DNA of 32,000 nt, from positions 1,020,001-1,052,000 of the forward strand of contig NZ_CP089977.1 of the NCBI RefSeq assembly GCF_025643275.1, written 5' to 3'. How positions within the stretch are numbered: position 1 is the stretch's first letter; the number at the start of each line of letters is the position of its first letter. A program made the translations under genes and the position numbers. Shown here piece by piece: positions 20,458 through 32,000 of the stretch. Source of the stretch: Moraxella nasicaprae (GTDB lineage: Bacteria; Pseudomonadota; Gammaproteobacteria; Pseudomonadales; Moraxellaceae). The notes beneath the pieces were generated by a model. That model ran no database searches, was not told where the DNA came from, and saw nothing but the letters and a program-made list of their open reading frames with translations.

Positions 20458-21741
20458 TTACTGCATCGCATAGAGTTCTCGCACAACCCTGCCAATGGTT
20501 GCAATACCGTCTTTGAGTGTCTGGTCGTCTTGGGCGATGGATAGGCGAATGCACTGTGTGGCGTGCGGATAATCTTTGGTATCCACGCCAACAAAGAAAT
20601 GCTCGCTTGGAATGATGAGCGTGCCTTGTTCTTTTAAGATTTCATAGAGTTTGGTGGTCGATATTGGTAAATCCTCAAACCATACCCACAAGAAAATCGC
20701 CCCTTCGGGTTTATGAATTTTGACTGGAAAATTGGCAAATTCTTTCTGCAACAGCTGAATTGCCAAAGCAGCTTGCCCATGATAAAACGGCTGAATCACC
20801 GTATCTGACAGCTCTTTGATGCGGTCATTGGCAAAAAGCGGTGTTGCAACCGCTGCCCCAAAACGCACCGGAGAAAGATTGACAATCGCATTCATATTGC
20901 TGATTGCTTGCACAATCTGTGGATTGGCGACAATAATGCCTGTTCTGGCTCCTGGCAAACCCACTTTGGATAGACTAAAACACAGCACCGTATCTGGATT
21001 CCATGACAAGGTCGTCTTAGGATAAATCACATTAGGAAACGGCATGCCATAAGCATTATCCACAATCAATGGCACTTGATACCGCTTGGCAATCTGAGCC
21101 AGTCTTTGCATCTCATCATCGGTCAAGACATTGCCTGTTGGGTTGGTTGGACGAGAGCAGCAAATCGCTCCGATAGTGCCATTTTTTAATTCTTCTAAAT
21201 TTTCAAGGGCTTCAAAATCAATTTGATATTTAAAAAATCCTTCACGACCCTCATGCGTGGCTGAACGAATAATAGGCTTAACACCCACAAAATGCACGCC
21301 ATCGATATGCACATCAGCATAGCCCACATACTCAGGTGCTAAGGGCAACAAGATGGATTTGTTGGTACCGTCAGCAAACTGCCCTGCAAACAAATTAAAT
21401 AGATAAAAAAACGCATTTTGCGACCCATTGGTCAGCACAATATTATCCGCGGTCAGTTTCCAATCATAATGACGATTAAAAAACTCAACCAAAGTCTGGA
21501 TAAACTTAGCATCGCCTTGCGGGGTGGAATAATTGGCAATACTCTCCAAGGCATCATGTTGCTCGATGATGTCTTGCAATATTTCTTGATACACTTCATT
21601 GAGCTTAGGAATGCTGGCAGGATTGCCACCACCCAGCATGTTGATGGGTTGGTCGCTATTTAACGCATTGCCTAAGTCGTCCATCAACTGTAAGATGGCA
21701 CTGTCTTGGGTAAATTTTTGACCAAATTTTGAAAACTGCAT
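20458..21741 (-). CDS. avtA: Valine-pyruvate (alanine-valine) aminotransferase.
   Basis: From ATG 21741 the protein begins MQFSKFGQKFTQDSAILQLMDDLG...MLGGGNPA. This aligns with my recollection of the E. coli AvtA N-terminus (MTFSLFGDKFTRHSGI...). It has the fold-type I aminotransferase SLSK lysine motif. Confidence 0.8.
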   Translation of the reverse strand: MQFSKFGQKFTQDSAILQLMDDLGNALNSDQPINMLGGGNPASIPKLNEVYQEILQDIIEQHDALESIANYSTPQGDAKFIQTLVEFFNRHYDWKLTADNIVLTNGSQNAFFYLFNLFAGQFADGTNKSILLPLAPEYVGYADVHIDGVHFVGVKPIIRSATHEGREGFFKYQIDFEALENLEELKNGTIGAICCSRPTNPTGNVLTDDEMQRLAQIAKRYQVPLIVDNAYGMPFPNVIYPKTTLSWNPDTVLCFSLSKVGLPGARTGIIVANPQIVQAISNMNAIVNLSPVRFGAAVATPLFANDRIKELSDTVIQPFYHGQAALAIQLLQKEFANFPVKIHKPEGAIFLWVWFEDLPISTTKLYEILKEQGTLIIPSEHFFVGVDTKDYPHATQCIRLSIAQDDQTLKDGIATIGRVVRELYAMQ

Positions 21742-21749
21742 AAAACTCA

Positions 21750-22379
21750 CTATCTATTATCTGCTTGTTCTAATTTAGCAAGCTCAGCTCGAACCTGCCA
21801 CACTTTGACATCGGTCAGCAATCTGTCAATATTTTTCCAAATGGCGTGATAGCCAAAATGACCATTTTGCATCTCTTTTTTGGCTTCATCAATCGACCAA
21901 TGTTGATAGATGATGCGATACATTGCCACCACAATACCTGTGCGATCAGCACCATGATAGCAATGCACCAACACCGCACCATCTTGTTGGGCATATCTGA
22001 TGGCATACAAAACCCGAGCCAAATCTTTGGGAGAAATACGCCACGCCAATAGTGGCTCATTGAGCAAAACAACCGAGCCATCACGAAACACTTGCTGGTC
22101 ATCATCACGGTCAAAATATCGCAAATTGATGACAGTCTTGATGTTATTATCCAAAATCAACGGTTTATCATCGATGATTGGCTGCTCGCTTCGATAGAGT
22201 TTATCATCAACCTGATAAAAGTTGGCTGATTTATCCATCAAGACCGCCCAATGTTTTGGGTGTGCATTCACCTGATGCGTGCTACATGCAGACAGACCGA
22301 CAGCCATCATCAATAGCACCATGCCCATTGAGCGGGTTGCAAACTTTTGGTCATTGTTGCCATGTTTCATGTGAAACAT
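21750..22379 (-). CDS. Cysteine-based (CX5R) protein-tyrosine/dual-specificity phosphatase-like lipoprotein.
   Basis: The P-loop VHCYHGADRTG matches HCxxGxxR(S/T). The lipobox LSAC follows a hydrophobic N-terminal segment (MGMVLLMMAVGLSAC). Confidence 0.7.
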   Translation of the reverse strand: MFHMKHGNNDQKFATRSMGMVLLMMAVGLSACSTHQVNAHPKHWAVLMDKSANFYQVDDKLYRSEQPIIDDKPLILDNNIKTVINLRYFDRDDDQQVFRDGSVVLLNEPLLAWRISPKDLARVLYAIRYAQQDGAVLVHCYHGADRTGIVVAMYRIIYQHWSIDEAKKEMQNGHFGYHAIWKNIDRLLTDVKVWQVRAELAKLEQADNR

Positions 22380-22390
22380 ACCAGACCTAC

Positions 22391-23566
22391 TTACTCAATA
22401 TACTTGACTTTTAGTGGCGGAAAACCGTTAAACTCCACCGATGAATATGAATTGGTGTAAGCCCCTGTGGTTAGCCAGTACAACTTATCGCCAATTTCTA
22501 AATCTTGGGGTAGTTTGTAAGCAGCGTGTTCGTACATGATGTCCGTACTATCGCAAGTCGGTCCTGCCAAAATCACTGTACCTTTTTCGGTGGCGGTTTC
22601 CATTTTTGGGGTATAAACAGGATATTTAATCGCCTCTCCCAAAGTCTCAATCAACCCCTGAAACAGCCCCACATCAGTATAGACCCAACGAGTCAAATCG
22701 GTGCGAGACTTACGACTGATTAGCACCACTTCTGACACCAATACACCACTATCGCCCACCATGGAACGACCTGGTTCTAGGATAATCTCTGGCATTTCAT
22801 CTTCATCAAAATCCTCTGACAAATAACGATGAATCTCTTCGGCGTACACGCTGACTGGGTTTACTTCACTGATGTAATTGGTTGGAAAACCACCGCCCAA
22901 GTTAATCATTTGCAGCTTGATACCCTCTTCATACTTCATCCAGTCAAACATATATTTGACTTTGGCAAGTGCATCGTCCCACGCTGCCACATCTTTTTGT
23001 TGGCTGCCTACATGAAATGAGATGCCATAGGGAATCAGACCCAGATTTTTGGCTTGCACCAGCAAATCAATCGCCATATCAGGGTGGCAACCAAACTTAC
23101 GAGACAATGGCCATTCTGCGGTATCCGCCCCATGTACCAAAATACGCACAAACACCTTTGAGCCTGGTGCATGCTTAGCAATATTGATTAGGTCAGATTT
23201 AGAATCTGTGGCGTATAGTTTGATGCCTTTTTCGAAGGCATACTTAACATGCTCCGCCTTTTTAATGGTGTTGCCATACGAAATGCGTTCAGGTTCCACA
23301 CCGCAATCCAACACTCTATCAAGTTCATAAATAGATGCACAGTCGAAGTTTGACCCTAAATCTGCCAAATATTTCACCACCTCAACAGCAGGGCTGGCTT
23401 TCATGGCATAATGAATTTTTGCCTTAGGAAATAGTGCCACCATCTCTTCGTACTTTGCCTTGATGCGACTTAAATCCACAACAAGTAACGGAGTTTCTTG
23501 ACCTTGTGCAGCATCGGTGAATTTTTGCCACTGTGCTTGGCTAAAATATTGTTCAATTTTAATCAT
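22391..23566 (-). CDS. Type III PLP-dependent decarboxylase, ornithine/lysine decarboxylase-like.
   Basis: It has a PLP-lysine motif HYAMKASP, a glycine-rich loop NLGGGFP and GPTCDSTD near the C-terminus. 391 aa. Confidence 0.85.
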   Translation of the reverse strand: MIKIEQYFSQAQWQKFTDAAQGQETPLLVVDLSRIKAKYEEMVALFPKAKIHYAMKASPAVEVVKYLADLGSNFDCASIYELDRVLDCGVEPERISYGNTIKKAEHVKYAFEKGIKLYATDSKSDLINIAKHAPGSKVFVRILVHGADTAEWPLSRKFGCHPDMAIDLLVQAKNLGLIPYGISFHVGSQQKDVAAWDDALAKVKYMFDWMKYEEGIKLQMINLGGGFPTNYISEVNPVSVYAEEIHRYLSEDFDEDEMPEIILEPGRSMVGDSGVLVSEVVLISRKSRTDLTRWVYTDVGLFQGLIETLGEAIKYPVYTPKMETATEKGTVILAGPTCDSTDIMYEHAAYKLPQDLEIGDKLYWLTTGAYTNSYSSVEFNGFPPLKVKYIE

Positions 23567-23723
23567 AAAAAACCTCCGTCATTTTGGCGAGCATCTACAT
23601 CGCCAAGATTCAAAGAAAAAAGCACCTTTAACCCCAAACCAAACTGGTTTGTTATTAAAAATGCCATCAGTAGGAATTTATTATAACAATCTTTATGAGT
23701 GATAACTAGCTTTTTGATGTTTT

Positions 23724-23963
23724 TTATTGTGTATTTAGCAGGGCAAATCTAGGCAAATATTCGCCCGACACCAGCACTAATTCAGTAAACATCGCAGCAG
23801 GTCTGACCCACAATTTTTCTGATACAGGCTCATCAATGTACAATGGCTGGTACAACACCAGCCATTCTTGCGTTTCACTATGGCGAACCAATCCAAGTAC
23901 TTGGTATAGATTGCCCTTATAGTGTCGATAGATGCCTGTATCAATCTTAGGCTTAGTCATCAC
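23724..23963 (-). CDS. DUF1653 domain protein.
   Basis: YRHYKGNLYQVLGLVRHSETQEWLVLYQPLY...WVRPAAMF matches the DUF1653 pattern as I recall it. 79 aa. Confidence 0.7.
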   Translation of the reverse strand: MMTKPKIDTGIYRHYKGNLYQVLGLVRHSETQEWLVLYQPLYIDEPVSEKLWVRPAAMFTELVLVSGEYLPRFALLNTQ

Positions 23964-24315
23964 GAGTGCGAACTTCCAACAATTCTATCTCAAAATACAA
24001 TGTTGAATTTGGCGGGATTTTACCAATCGCACGTTCACCATAACCCAAATGTGCTGGCACAACCAAACGGCGTTTGCCACCAACTTTCATTGGGGCAACC
24101 TGAACATCATCGTCAGTAAAGCCTAACACACCCAAATCCCAGCCTTTGATGACTCGCCCTGTGCCAATCACGCATTCAAACGCCTTGCCACGACTGACTG
24201 ACGAGTCAAATATCGTGCCATCAGCCAGTTTGCCTGTGTACTGCGTGCTGATTAACGCACCCTTTACGGCTGTTTTGCCAGTGCCAATCTCAATATCTTC
24301 TACAATTAGAGTCAT
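23953..24315 (-). CDS. FKBP-type peptidyl-prolyl cis-trans isomerase.
   Basis: YTGKLADGTIFDSS...GRVIKGWDLGVLG...MKVGGKRRLVVPAHLGYGERA...IPPNSTLYFEIELLEV are canonical FKBP blocks. Confidence 0.9.
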   Translation of the reverse strand: MTLIVEDIEIGTGKTAVKGALISTQYTGKLADGTIFDSSVSRGKAFECVIGTGRVIKGWDLGVLGFTDDDVQVAPMKVGGKRRLVVPAHLGYGERAIGKIPPNSTLYFEIELLEVRTRDD

Positions 24316-24810
24316 TTATTGCTCGCTGGTGTTGCTGGATAAAGTAATGGTGACCGTCTGAGAAATGCTCAACGGCTCAATCGCAGGTAACGCTTGCTCC
24401 ACCTGCTCGCTATTAGCTTGATTTGACGCCATCACCTCTGCCTGCTCCACCACTGGTGCAACCGCTGGCACATCACGCACAGGCGTGATGGTTACTCTGG
24501 CACGACCCTGAGACAGCGGAGCGATTTTAGCAAATGCTGCTTTGGACAAATCCAGCGAAATACCGTACTTGCTAAATCCACCACGGTCATTGACACGACA
24601 AATGACAGATTTACCATTTTTGACATTGGTTACTTTTAGTCGAGTACCAAATTTGTGTGAATTACTGGCACAAGTCAGGGCATTTTGGTTAAAGCGTTCG
24701 CCACTGGCGGTTTTTTTACCATGAAAGCCTGCTCCATAATAGGTAACCACCTGTGCATTAGCAGACATACCCATCAGCACCATTGTTGCTAAAAGAAGTT
24801 TTTTCATCAT
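24316..24810 (-). CDS. rlpA: RlpA-family septal-ring lytic transglycosylase-like (DPBB domain) protein.
   Basis: Signal peptide MMKKLLLATMVLMGMSANA, then TYYGAGFHGKKTASGERFNQNALTCASNSHKFGTRLKVTNVKNGKSVICRVNDRG. The start is uncertain; in-frame ATGs extend up to 24867. Confidence 0.8.
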   Translation of the reverse strand: MMKKLLLATMVLMGMSANAQVVTYYGAGFHGKKTASGERFNQNALTCASNSHKFGTRLKVTNVKNGKSVICRVNDRGGFSKYGISLDLSKAAFAKIAPLSQGRARVTITPVRDVPAVAPVVEQAEVMASNQANSEQVEQALPAIEPLSISQTVTITLSSNTSEQ

Positions 24811-25167
24811 ACGACTCGCATTGTGATAATTTTCGCCCATCATAGACGAAAAATCCATCATGGACAAGTTTTTGGTTAAGATTTACTGATAATTGTATAA
24901 AAATCAATCAATTTGCTAATGATTTGAGCGATGATGTTGTCACTTTTTGATGATTTGCCCATTTTTTTAAATGACACACGCTCCCTGCATTGCTCCAAGC
25001 AGCTTTTCGGTTATCCAAAAACCCTTTTAAGCCAAGCAACACTTAGACATCTGATTGAATTGACCAATGTTTACACTTTGCAAATCCATATTGACCCAAA
25101 TACAGCCCGACAATCTTCATATCATCAACAAATCATCATCATTTTCATTATTTCACTCTTTTAACTT

Positions 25168-25206
25168 AAAAAAAACAAAACCGCCAATTTCTTGACGGTT
25201 TTTTGG
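25168..25206 (-). terminator. Putative intrinsic terminator after guaA.
   Basis: AAAACCGCC...GACGGTTTT forms an imperfect hairpin flanked by A-runs and T-runs, immediately after the guaA stop. Confidence 0.5.
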
Positions 25207-25207
25207 T

Positions 25208-26770
25208 TTACTCCCACTCAATCGTCGCTGGCGGTTTGCTACTTACATCATACACCACACGAGAAACATCGGTGATTTCATTCATAATACGGGTTGAGAT
25301 TTTATCTACCAAGTCATATGGCAAATGAGCAAAACGAGCGGTCATAAAGTCCACCGTTTCAACGGCACGCAATGCAATCACCCACGCATAACGGCGACCG
25401 TCGCCAACCACACCCACTGATTTGACAGGTTGGAATACGGCAAAGGCTTGGGCGGTTTTATCATACCAACCAGACGCACGAAGCTCCTGCATAAAAATAT
25501 CGTCCGCCACACGCAAAATGTCGGCATATTCTTTTTTGACTTCGCCCAAAATGCGTACGCCCAAGCCCGGCCCTGGGAACGGATGACGATAAATCATATG
25601 GTACGGAATGCCAAGAGCCACGCCAAGTTTACGCACTTCGTCTTTAAATAAATCACGCAAAGGCTCAACCAATTCAAAGGCTAAATCGTCAGGCAAACCG
25701 CCAACATTGTGGTGTGATTTAATCACGTGGGCTTTGCCCTGTTTGGATTTGGCGGACTCAATGACATCAGGGTAAATCGTGCCTTGTGCCAAAAACTTGA
25801 TACCGTCTAGTTTTCTGGCTTCTTCGCTAAATACTTCAATAAATTCTCGTCCGATGATTTTACGCTTAGCCTCTGGGTCGGTTACGCCTGCAAGGGCGGT
25901 CAAAAAGCGATTTTCGGCATCGGCACGAATCACCCGAATGCCCATATTCTCGGCAAACATTTGCATTACTTGGTCGCCTTCGTTGAGACGCAGCAAACCA
26001 TTGTCCACAAAGACGCAGGTCAATTTATCGCCAATCGCACGGTGCAACAACGCTGCTACCACTGATGAATCCACACCGCCTGATAAGCCAAGTAAGACTT
26101 CGCTGTTGCCAATTTGTTCTTGGAGTTGTTTGATACGAAGTTCAATGATATTCTCACTATTCCACAGACTGCCACAACCACAAATGCTATGGACAAAGTT
26201 TGAAATCAAGGTTTCGCCTTTATCGGTATGGGTTACTTCTGGGTGAAATTGCACCCCATAAAAATGACGGCTTTCATCAGAGGCAGACGCATACGGACAG
26301 CTAGGCGTACTAGAAGTAACACTAAATCCGTCCGCCAATTTGGTCACTTTGTCGCCGTGACTCATCCACACTTGTGATTGGTTGTGTTCGTCCGCCATAT
26401 TGGCAAGCAGTTTGTCAGCTTGGGAGATGTCAATTTTGGCATAGCCAAATTCTTTGACATCGCCTGCTTCCACCACGCCACCCAGCTGGGCGGTCATCGC
26501 CTGAAAGCCGTAGCAAATGCCAAGCAAAGGCACGCCAAGCTCAAACACGGCTTGTGGGATTTTGGGGCTATTGTCAGCGTACACGCTCTCAGGCCCGCCT
26601 GATAGGATAATGCCTTTTGGGGCGAATGCACGGATTTCGTCATCGCTTGCGTCATAGGCGTACATTTCAGAATAAACGCCTGCTTCTCGCACACGGCGGG
26701 CGATGAGCTGGCTATATTGTGAGCCAAAATCTAGGATTAAAATGCGGTCGGTGGTGATGTTTTGGGTCAT
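25208..26770 (-). CDS. guaA: GMP synthase (glutamine-hydrolysing).
   Basis: 520 aa. The GATase block is [20 protein letters not shown]...GICYGFQ. The ATP-PPase P-loop is [10 protein letters not shown]. The C-terminus is PPATIEWE. Confidence 0.97.
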   Translation of the reverse strand: MTQNITTDRILILDFGSQYSQLIARRVREAGVYSEMYAYDASDDEIRAFAPKGIILSGGPESVYADNSPKIPQAVFELGVPLLGICYGFQAMTAQLGGVVEAGDVKEFGYAKIDISQADKLLANMADEHNQSQVWMSHGDKVTKLADGFSVTSSTPSCPYASASDESRHFYGVQFHPEVTHTDKGETLISNFVHSICGCGSLWNSENIIELRIKQLQEQIGNSEVLLGLSGGVDSSVVAALLHRAIGDKLTCVFVDNGLLRLNEGDQVMQMFAENMGIRVIRADAENRFLTALAGVTDPEAKRKIIGREFIEVFSEEARKLDGIKFLAQGTIYPDVIESAKSKQGKAHVIKSHHNVGGLPDDLAFELVEPLRDLFKDEVRKLGVALGIPYHMIYRHPFPGPGLGVRILGEVKKEYADILRVADDIFMQELRASGWYDKTAQAFAVFQPVKSVGVVGDGRRYAWVIALRAVETVDFMTARFAHLPYDLVDKISTRIMNEITDVSRVVYDVSSKPPATIEWE

Positions 26771-26895
26771 TTAAGCGGTCCTTTGGTGTGTAAAACGATA
26801 GAGATATTTTGGGATATTTTAGCATTTTTTTGGTTGTTTAGCGAACAATAAATGGTGTAATATGTACGCTTAAACTTCATTTTTAAGGACGCAAC

Positions 26896-27929
26896 ATGAC
26901 CACCCCCCCCCAAATCTTTTTTCATTCGCCACTAGTGAGCTAAGTCAAGATGCATTTTTTGCATGGCTACTCAGTTTTGCTGATAAAAAATACCAAAACG
27001 ACTTTAAAGATTTGCACGACCTCGCCCAAGATTTGGTTTACACCATGATTCACATTACTGCTGTTGGGTTTGAACTTTACAACATTAACAAAGTTGAGGT
27101 TGTGCGTCAATATCACAATATTGACATTATGGTTATCATCAATGACGGATTTAGAATTCTGATAGAAAGCAAAACGAATAGCAAACAGCACAACGACCAA
27201 CTCGCTCGCTACTACAAATTTGCCAAACAGCAGCAAGACTGGAGTGGATTTTGCTTAGTCTATCTAAAAACTGGCAATGAATCACAGTATCATCTTGACA
27301 AGAACTGGGAGAATTTAAAAAAAATATCTCCCTTTGGTTACGCATCCATATCAAGAGAAATGCTTTTAAATAGGTTTAATAGGTACAAACATATTAAAAA
27401 TGACATTTTCCAAGCCTATTTTGAACACTTACAAGCCATACAAAATAGATCAGATGCTTATCTTACCCTTCCAATTAAAGACTGGGATCATTATTGTTGG
27501 CAAGGGTTCTTTATGCTGCTTGAAACAAGCCATGCCAATCCTATTTGGTGGGATTATGTTGATAATAAAAATGGTGGTTTTTGGGCGATTGATTGGCGTG
27601 AATCACAGTGGCAAGGGCATAAAATTGTCATGGCTTTTCATCAAACTCGCTTAGTGTTTGGCATTTTCGTTGATGATGAAAATATTCGCTCTCAAAAACG
27701 CAATGAATTTAGCGATTATTTATTATCCAAAGCCGATGCATTTTCAGAAAAGCACTATGTTTCACTTCACATTTCTCGCCCTACCAAATTTGGTAAGGGT
27801 AGATTTATGAAAGTTGCCGAGGTTGAGCAGCAATATTGGCTGGGTGGTGATAATCAAATATTTGACTGGCAAGATTTCTCACTAAATCTAAGATTTTATG
27901 AAATATTTTTCCTTTCTTTAAAAGACTGA
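26896..27929 (+). CDS. PD-(D/E)xK nuclease-superfamily protein (PDDEXK_4-like). As sequenced, the reading frame is broken by a C9 tract just after the start codon.
   Basis: AAGGA (26885..26889) plus ATG 26896 open a frame that stops at 26941..26943. The long frame is open from 26874 to 27929 but has no ATG, GTG or TTG before TTG 27012. One extra C joins them into 344 aa: MTTPPPNLFSFATSELSQDAFFAWLLSFADKKY...NIDIMVIINDGFRILIESKTNSKQHNDQLARYYKF. This contains a D...ExK nuclease core. Confidence 0.7.
26903..26911 (+). repeat. C9 homopolymer at codons 3-6 of the PD-(D/E)xK gene.
   Basis: Counted directly: a at 26902, c at 26903..26911, a at 26912. Confidence 0.97.
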
Positions 27930-28001
27930 TAAAATAAATCAGTACAAATCAACATACCAATCGAACCACATTTTAACGCATAGGCTCGGTTGGTGCAAAA
28001 T

Positions 28002-28032
28002 AAAAAGCAGACCTAAAAGCCTGCTTTTTTAT
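28002..28032. terminator. Bidirectional hairpin terminator between the PD-(D/E)xK gene and gyrB.
   Basis: AAAAAGCAG-ACCTAAAAGC-CTGCTTTTTT. Confidence 0.6.
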
Positions 28033-28037
28033 TTATT

Positions 28038-30503
<2,466 letters not shown>

Positions 30504-30591
30504 TTATCTGTTTTCTTAATAAAAAGAACGACCAAATTATAGCATTTTTTTGACCAAAAGTCATCGGATAATCGCTTGATTTATGGCTTTT

Positions 30592-31785
30592 TTATTCATC
30601 TTTGGCATCATTATTGGGTGCTGTTTGTGCGGTCAAAAACTCGCCTTGTTCCACATGAAACACACGACAAATGGCTGATGGCGACAGTATTGATAATTTA
30701 TCATCAATAACTTGGCAAATCTCTTGATTTAGACTGGTGATGATGACTTGGCATGGCAATGATAATATCGTATCCAGCAGCATTGATACCGCCCTTTGGT
30801 CAAGCTCTGCATCAATATCATCAATCAGCACCACAGGTAGATTTAGTTGATTGCCTTGGGTGTTTAACTGACAAATCAGTGTTAATTGTGACAGTTTCAA
30901 GGCAGTGATGAGTAGTTTTTTTTCGCCACGAGACAGAACATGACTTGCCTGCTCTCGCACCTTTTTGCCCTGCTCGTCCATCGTCTTAAATACAACGGAA
31001 ACATCAGCACGATGCGAGCCAACTCTGGTATAACCAAGCTCAATATCCTGCCAAATGCGTTCGGTCAAAGTGTGCAATAATGGCGTGCTAACATCAAAAC
31101 CTGCCTGATAAGATAAACTTAACATATCTTGATAAGCTGGCAACAGGCGACTGACCATCTGCTCAAATGCCAACTGCCATTGCTCAAAAATCTGCAATCG
31201 ATGCTCGTGTAAGGCATGAGCATAAAAAGAAAGCTGATTATCCCAAGCGGTTAGTTGGTGGGTATGCTGACGAATATTGGCTTGCTTTAACAGGGCATTT
31301 CGCTGTTTTAGCAGTCTTTGATAATTTAGCCATTGTTCATAAAAATCAGGTTTCACATGAAACACCAGCCAATCAAGCATCTGCCTACGAGTTGCACTCC
31401 CCTCGTCCAACACAGTCATGCTACTAGGGTCAATCAAAAGGACGGGCAAATGCTTACTTAGCACGCTTTGCCCCAACACCGTCTTATCATCAAATTTTAG
31501 TGTGGTGTCTGATTTTCCTGACAAATCCATCTGTTTTTTGATGGCGAGTGTGCAAGGCTGATAAAAATCAGTCATCGCCCAAACGATGCACTCTGTGGCG
31601 TGATGACTGATGTATCTTTTGGGTTCATGATGTCGAAAACTTTTGCCACGAGAAAGCAAAAACACCGCCTCCAACAGCGATGTTTTTCCGCTACCATTCT
31701 TGCCAATCAGTACATTATGCTTGGCAAGCGATAAGGTTGCTTGCTTGACATTACGAAACTGATGAATGTGTAACTTGCGAATCAC
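30592..31785 (-). CDS. recF: DNA replication and repair protein RecF.
   Basis: FRNV...LIGKNGSGKTSLLEAV (Walker A), the SRGEKKLL signature and VLIDDIDAELD. The GTG start lies 2 nt after the dnaN stop, in the conserved dnaN-recF-gyrB order. Confidence 0.92.
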   Translation of the reverse strand: MIRKLHIHQFRNVKQATLSLAKHNVLIGKNGSGKTSLLEAVFLLSRGKSFRHHEPKRYISHHATECIVWAMTDFYQPCTLAIKKQMDLSGKSDTTLKFDDKTVLGQSVLSKHLPVLLIDPSSMTVLDEGSATRRQMLDWLVFHVKPDFYEQWLNYQRLLKQRNALLKQANIRQHTHQLTAWDNQLSFYAHALHEHRLQIFEQWQLAFEQMVSRLLPAYQDMLSLSYQAGFDVSTPLLHTLTERIWQDIELGYTRVGSHRADVSVVFKTMDEQGKKVREQASHVLSRGEKKLLITALKLSQLTLICQLNTQGNQLNLPVVLIDDIDAELDQRAVSMLLDTILSLPCQVIITSLNQEICQVIDDKLSILSPSAICRVFHVEQGEFLTAQTAPNNDAKDE

Positions 31786-31787
31786 GC

Positions 31788-32000
31788 TTAGACACGCATT
31801 GGCATGATGACATGGCGATAAAACTCATCGCCATCTTGATAAATCAAGGTTGGAGAGCCTGGCTGGCTCATCTCGATACACACCTTACCCTCCAAGACTC
31901 CAAGTACTGCTCGCAAATAGCTTTCATTGAATGATAATTCAATCGGACCGCCCTGATAGCTGACCGCCAGCAATTCTTCGGCTTGGCTTTTACTGCGTTT
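31788..32000 (-). CDS. dnaN: DNA polymerase III beta sliding clamp, C-terminal fragment. It continues beyond the window.
   Basis: The C-terminus ...GSPTLIYQDGDEFYRHVIMPMRV resembles the clamp C-terminus (MPMRL in E. coli). The position upstream of recF fits. Confidence 0.88.
   Translation of the reverse strand, partial: KRSKSQAEELLAVSYQGGPIELSFNESYLRAVLGVLEGKVCIEMSQPGSPTLIYQDGDEFYRHVIMPMRV

Noticed and set aside
24931-25164. A 77-aa plus-strand ORF in the 340-bp rlpA-guaA intergenic region. I also considered an sRNA there.
   Set aside because: There is no convincing RBS, and the translation is odd and low-complexity at its end (QQIIIIFIISLF). The region is more simply explained as the rlpA promoter/leader plus the guaA terminator. 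I could not identify a promoter-plus-terminator pair that defines an sRNA.

Overview
This is a chromosomal, origin-proximal segment. It ends in gyrB-recF-dnaN on the minus strand, and gene content, gene order and AT-rich intergenic style point to a Moraxellaceae (Moraxella-like) gammaproteobacterium; that assignment is an inference. Most of the window is housekeeping: argH, an AlgR-like LytTR regulator with hemC-hemD, grpE-dnaK, nqrM, a CynX-like MFS transporter, hisBH, def, a YgiW-family OB-fold protein, an ABC half-transporter, thiC with a TPP riboswitch, dadA and a RidA-family gene, an ornithine decarboxylase-like gene / phosphatase / avtA cluster, DUF1653-FKBP-rlpA, guaA, gyrB, recF and dnaN.

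Three AT-rich accessory inserts stand out.

1. At the left edge, a Type III restriction-modification mod methyltransferase carries an 18-unit 5'-CAAC-3' repeat in its 5' coding region. As sequenced, the repeat puts the gene out of frame, as in known phasevarion switches.
2. Between guaA and gyrB, a stand-alone PD-(D/E)xK nuclease-like gene is separated from its start codon and ribosome-binding site (RBS) by a C9 homopolymer. One extra C would restore a 344-aa protein. This candidate phase-variable nuclease or defense gene is the most interesting element in the window.
3. A 600-aa secreted WG-repeat protein gene is wedged between dadA and its usual RidA-family partner.

I saw no rRNA, tRNA, CRISPR array, transposase or integrase. 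All calls come from reading the sequence and the ORF track by eye. No database searches were run.
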